Virus record (IMG/VR): IMGVR_UViG_3300025653_005621
Location: 1-29,246 of that record
Strand: one strand, 5' to 3'
Length of the DNA: 29,246 bases
Origin: a virus
Lineage: Duplodnaviria; Caudoviricetes
Shown here: positions 25,557-29,246 of the stretch, one piece after another
How positions within the stretch are numbered: position 1 is the stretch's first letter
Layout: each line of letters opens with the position of its first letter
Notes under the pieces: model-generated
Told to the model about the DNA's origin: nothing
Database searches by the model: none
What the model saw: only the letters and a program-made list of their open reading frames with translations
Position numbers and translations under genes: made by a program

Positions 25557-27989
25557 ATGAAACAAGTAGTTGTTTATCCAGGACGATTTCAGCCAATGCT
25601 ACCGCATCATGCGGCAGTGTTCTCAGGCCTACAGACGCAATATCCTAACGCAGATGTTTATATTGCAACATCAGATAAAGTAGACTTTCCAAAGTCTCCA
25701 TTTAATTTTGCTGAAAAGAAAGCAATCATGTCTGAAATTCACAACATACCGCCGGAGAGAATCCTAAATGTAAAACGTCCTTACAACGGTGACGACTACG
25801 CACAATACTTTGATGCTGATTCAACACAACTTATATTGATAGTTGGTGAAAAAGACATGCAGGGCGATCCTCGTTTTGATTTCAATAATGTAGATCCTGA
25901 AACTGGCCTCGATATGAAACTGAATGGCAGTGGCCCAAAATGGATGCAAATGATAAATAGTATTAAGGACGGTGAGGCTGTGCCTCTTAAAAGCAGAGGT
26001 TACTTAGCAACTGCACCTACAGTAGAGCGTAATGGTGAAGTTGCAAGTGCTAGTGCATTTAGAAATGCTTTTGTACATGCAGTAGACACAGAACACCGCA
26101 AAGAAGTCATGAGAAACTATCTTGGCAAATTCGATCAGGGTATATTTGACTTATTACAGAATAAAATATTGGATAATAAAATGAGCGAAGATATTAATAG
26201 ACTAAAACATTTAGCAGGGTTAGACGAAGCACCAGTTAATTTTGATGACTATCAATCCATAAGTCCAAAAGATGCTAAAGCGGCCGCTGAAAGACCAGCA
26301 AAAGCCGCCGCCAGTGATCCTTCTAAAGTAGAATTTTTCCCAGCAGATCCAGAAATGTTCCACAGCACTATTAAGAAAAGTGTTGCTAACAGAATGGGAC
26401 CAGATGAGGACCCAAATGATCCTGTAGCAAAGAAAGAACATTTTATGATGGAATTGCTTAAAGCACCTGCACTATTGTTAGGTGAAATCAATGCACGTCT
26501 TAAAAATGACGATAATGGATTAGCAGTTAGTGATAGACTAAGTGCAGTTATCCAAAAAATTGATGAAGTAGGTTCTGTTATGAGTCTACCTGAAGACGAC
26601 AAAAAATTTGTTATCCAATTAGTTTCAAACGCTCTTAAAAATATGGACTTGGTAAAAGATCCAAAAGCAGATCAAGAAAAAGCAGATTACGAAAAAGAAT
26701 TTGAGAGTGTTGACTTATCAGATGTACGCGAAGACTATGGTATAGAAGAAGCAGAAATCAATGAAAGATCCTGGGACTGGAAAAATTACGACAAAGAAGC
26801 AGGATACGATGCTAACTTTAGTTTATGGTCACAAGAAGCACAAGCCGAAAGAAGTGCATATGGTGATAAGCCATTTAGTAGTGCAGAAGAAATGCACACT
26901 GTATTTGTAGACATGATGAAACTTAATGGCATCAATGTCATGCAACAAAAACAGTTAAGTCAAAAATTAAAGGCTCAACAACGTCAAGCAGAAATTGACA
27001 AGTATAGAGACTTTAAGATGAGTAACTTTACAAAAAGAAGATCTGCAATGTCTGAGTTAAAAAAACTTGCTGGCATTGAGATTAATGAATTGGCAGACGA
27101 AGAACCAGACATGAGTGAAATCAAATGTCCTAACTGTGATAAAGAACATCCAGTAAGTGCAAAAGCATGTCCTCACTGTGGTACACCAAATCATGTTGCG
27201 GAAGGTGCAGTCAGAGATCAAGCACAAGATGATTTTGAAATTCTTGCAAAAATGAAGAACGATGGTGCCAGTGAACAAGACATTGAAGCAAAAGCTCAAG
27301 AATTAATGTTTGGTATAGATGTATTACATGCAGTAATGAATGATTGGGAAAGCCCATTTGATGAACCAGAAATGGAAGAAGGCATGGACCCAAGCATGTT
27401 ACAAGACTTTGATCCAATTGCAGGATTAGAAGACTGCCCACTTTGCAATGACAGTGATGAGGGACCAACAGCATTAAACATACGTGGTGATGCAACATGT
27501 AAAGGATGTAATGGCTTTGGTAAATTAGGTGTAGTAGATCATATCAAAGGACTCAGTGGCATGGACAAAGAACGTGCTGTTAAATGGGTTATAAAAAACT
27601 TTGATTCACTGAATTTAGATCCAAGCATGTTTGAAAGTTTTGATCCACGTGCAGAACAAAGTCGTGAGGAAGAAGCATACAATGAATTAATGGATGCTTA
27701 TGGTCAAGGTGGTGAAGAAGCATTAGCACAAGAAATAGGCATGAGCATAGAAGAACTTGATCAAGAAATGAGCGAGTATGCTAGAGATCATAGTTTGCAC
27801 ATGGACGACGACAGAGATGAAGTTATCCAAGGATACATCGAACAATTAGTTGATAATGCAGATTGGAAAGACCACGGTGAATATGATTATGAACCAGAAG
27901 ATGCTGAGATGGAAGAAGCAATCGACGGTACAGTAGACAAAGCCATCGAAGAAGCAATGCTTGAACTTAGAAAATTGGCAGGTATATAA
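25557..27989 (+). CDS. cytidyltransferase-like N-terminal domain fused to a long acidic modular region with zinc ribbons
   Basis: YPGRFQPMLPHH...SPFNFAEK...VGEKD...SASAFR; CPNC/CPHC and CPLC/CKGC; three LxxLAG motifs. Confidence 0.75.
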   Translation: MKQVVVYPGRFQPMLPHHAAVFSGLQTQYPNADVYIATSDKVDFPKSPFNFAEKKAIMSEIHNIPPERILNVKRPYNGDDYAQYFDADSTQLILIVGEKDMQGDPRFDFNNVDPETGLDMKLNGSGPKWMQMINSIKDGEAVPLKSRGYLATAPTVERNGEVASASAFRNAFVHAVDTEHRKEVMRNYLGKFDQGIFDLLQNKILDNKMSEDINRLKHLAGLDEAPVNFDDYQSISPKDAKAAAERPAKAAASDPSKVEFFPADPEMFHSTIKKSVANRMGPDEDPNDPVAKKEHFMMELLKAPALLLGEINARLKNDDNGLAVSDRLSAVIQKIDEVGSVMSLPEDDKKFVIQLVSNALKNMDLVKDPKADQEKADYEKEFESVDLSDVREDYGIEEAEINERSWDWKNYDKEAGYDANFSLWSQEAQAERSAYGDKPFSSAEEMHTVFVDMMKLNGINVMQQKQLSQKLKAQQRQAEIDKYRDFKMSNFTKRRSAMSELKKLAGIEINELADEEPDMSEIKCPNCDKEHPVSAKACPHCGTPNHVAEGAVRDQAQDDFEILAKMKNDGASEQDIEAKAQELMFGIDVLHAVMNDWESPFDEPEMEEGMDPSMLQDFDPIAGLEDCPLCNDSDEGPTALNIRGDATCKGCNGFGKLGVVDHIKGLSGMDKERAVKWVIKNFDSLNLDPSMFESFDPRAEQSREEEAYNELMDAYGQGGEEALAQEIGMSIEELDQEMSEYARDHSLHMDDDRDEVIQGYIEQLVDNADWKDHGEYDYEPEDAEMEEAIDGTVDKAIEEAMLELRKLAGI

Positions 27990-28369
27990 TGAACGAAATA
28001 GATAGATTACAGCAACTAGCAGGTATTGTAAACGAAAAAGATGCCGGTGACAACAACAATGTTAAAATGGCAGTTGGCCACGTTGATAACGAAAGAGACA
28101 TGCTTCGCAGAGAGTTATTCCAAATGGGTACTTACTGTGTTGAACTGTTCAAGATGCTAGATGAATTACCTGATTCAGATTTTCCACATTGGTGGCAAGC
28201 AAAAATTGTCAAAGCAGGAACATATCTCAGTGGTGCAAAACACTATTTAGAAAACTCACTAGCAGTACCTCCTGGTGATGATATGACTCAAGATGGCACT
28301 GGTCCTAGTGATATTGAAGTTTCAGATCCAGATTATGATGATGACAACGACCCAAGTGGCGTTAGTTAA
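27989..28369 (+). CDS. conserved phage protein with N-terminal LxxLAGI motif
   Basis: MNEIDRLQQLAGIVNE...FPHWWQAKIVKA..YL..AKHYLE; TAATG coupling. Confidence 0.75.
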   Translation: MNEIDRLQQLAGIVNEKDAGDNNNVKMAVGHVDNERDMLRRELFQMGTYCVELFKMLDELPDSDFPHWWQAKIVKAGTYLSGAKHYLENSLAVPPGDDMTQDGTGPSDIEVSDPDYDDDNDPSGVS

Positions 28370-29246
28370 ATTTATTCTCAACCGTAGATAGTATCAAATC
28401 TAAAATACAATATTGACCCAACATACTTGGGTGCCCACCATCTGGAAAAATATAAGGTTTTATAAATGGATCTTCAACAGTATCTTGGTAAAACTTTTGT
28501 TGTTCATCCATATCATTTAATATTTCAAGATCCCAACTATCATCTACATCTATGTCAGAAGACAACTTCCAATACCCAAAATCTTGTTCTGCGTTCTTTA
28601 TAAAATAGTCATGTTGATGATGTGTTTTAATTAATGTAGCAATAACATCAGATGATGCCAAATGTATAGGAGACTTGGGATTTTGTTTTTTCCATATATT
28701 AAAAGTACTTTTATCAAATTTTCCTTGTCCTCCTATCAATATAACTTTTTGTTTGTTTTTCCTTGCCCAACTAGATATTCTATCTAAACTACTTATATTG
28801 ATATTTTTTATATACTTCTCCAAAGATTTCTTATCATGCACAGGAGCAGACTGAATGTTGCTACCTCTAAATATATTAGAATAAAAAACTACTGAGTAGC
28901 CTTCCTTGATACCACAATCCCATTCATGAATACCATTAGACCAATTGAGTCTCTTTTCTATACCACCATTTAATTTTGTGACCTCTATGCTGTCAACTGT
29001 CACTTCCCAAGATTGTGCAGGCCAACAAAAATTCTTTACATCATGCCCTAAATGCTTAAGATATATTTCGTAAATGCTGTGAGCTTGTGTTATGTTTAAT
29101 TCATGTTGTTGAAAATTTATTGCTGAATGTTTATTTAGATCCGCTAATTGTCTACTGTTAATATGCGGTGGTACTTTCTTGTTTGCTTTTGGTCCTAAAT
29201 TCCAAGTCCAAAACCAACTATCACCAAAAAAGTTAAAATTAGACAT
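28362..29246 (-). CDS. SGNH/GDSL-like protein
   Basis: N-terminal FFGDSW and C-terminal DGGHPSMLGQ (DxxHP); convergent with the right arm; ATG is at the window edge. Confidence 0.55.
   Translation of the reverse strand: MSNFNFFGDSWFWTWNLGPKANKKVPPHINSRQLADLNKHSAINFQQHELNITQAHSIYEIYLKHLGHDVKNFCWPAQSWEVTVDSIEVTKLNGGIEKRLNWSNGIHEWDCGIKEGYSVVFYSNIFRGSNIQSAPVHDKKSLEKYIKNINISSLDRISSWARKNKQKVILIGGQGKFDKSTFNIWKKQNPKSPIHLASSDVIATLIKTHHQHDYFIKNAEQDFGYWKLSSDIDVDDSWDLEILNDMDEQQKFYQDTVEDPFIKPYIFPDGGHPSMLGQYCILDLILSTVENKFN

Noticed and set aside
1-29246. Stop-codon reassignment (alternative genetic code)
   Set aside because: Recognisable genes are full length and tightly packed under the standard code, and TAA, TAG and TGA all end genes

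Overview
An AT-rich, densely packed segment of a large T4-like (probably marine jumbo) phage genome, inferred from the gene content and the T4-type late promoter motifs. The left arm (1-17787, minus strand) carries host-like genes: iscU, a bacterioferritin-like protein, an extended ribosomal protein bS21, clpX, queD, uvsE, an SleB-like hydrolase, a thermonuclease and several glycan-modifying enzymes. The right arm (17881-28369, plus strand) carries putative virion and head-internal proteins. The non-obvious signals are: (i) a (T)ATAAATA late-promoter motif, and sigma70 -10 boxes, placed 5-6 nt before ATGs, implying leaderless mRNAs; (ii) three candidate structured ncRNA/leader elements (about 3395-3485, 9895-10012 and 13758-13886); (iii) unannotated micro-ORFs; (iv) modular acidic proteins with a repeated LxxLAG[IL] motif and many [ILVM]xE sites resembling prohead-protease cleavage sites; (v) four dispersed paralogs with a glycosyltransferase-like 'ET..TEK..PF' motif. 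All family calls come from motif recognition by eye; no database search was run.
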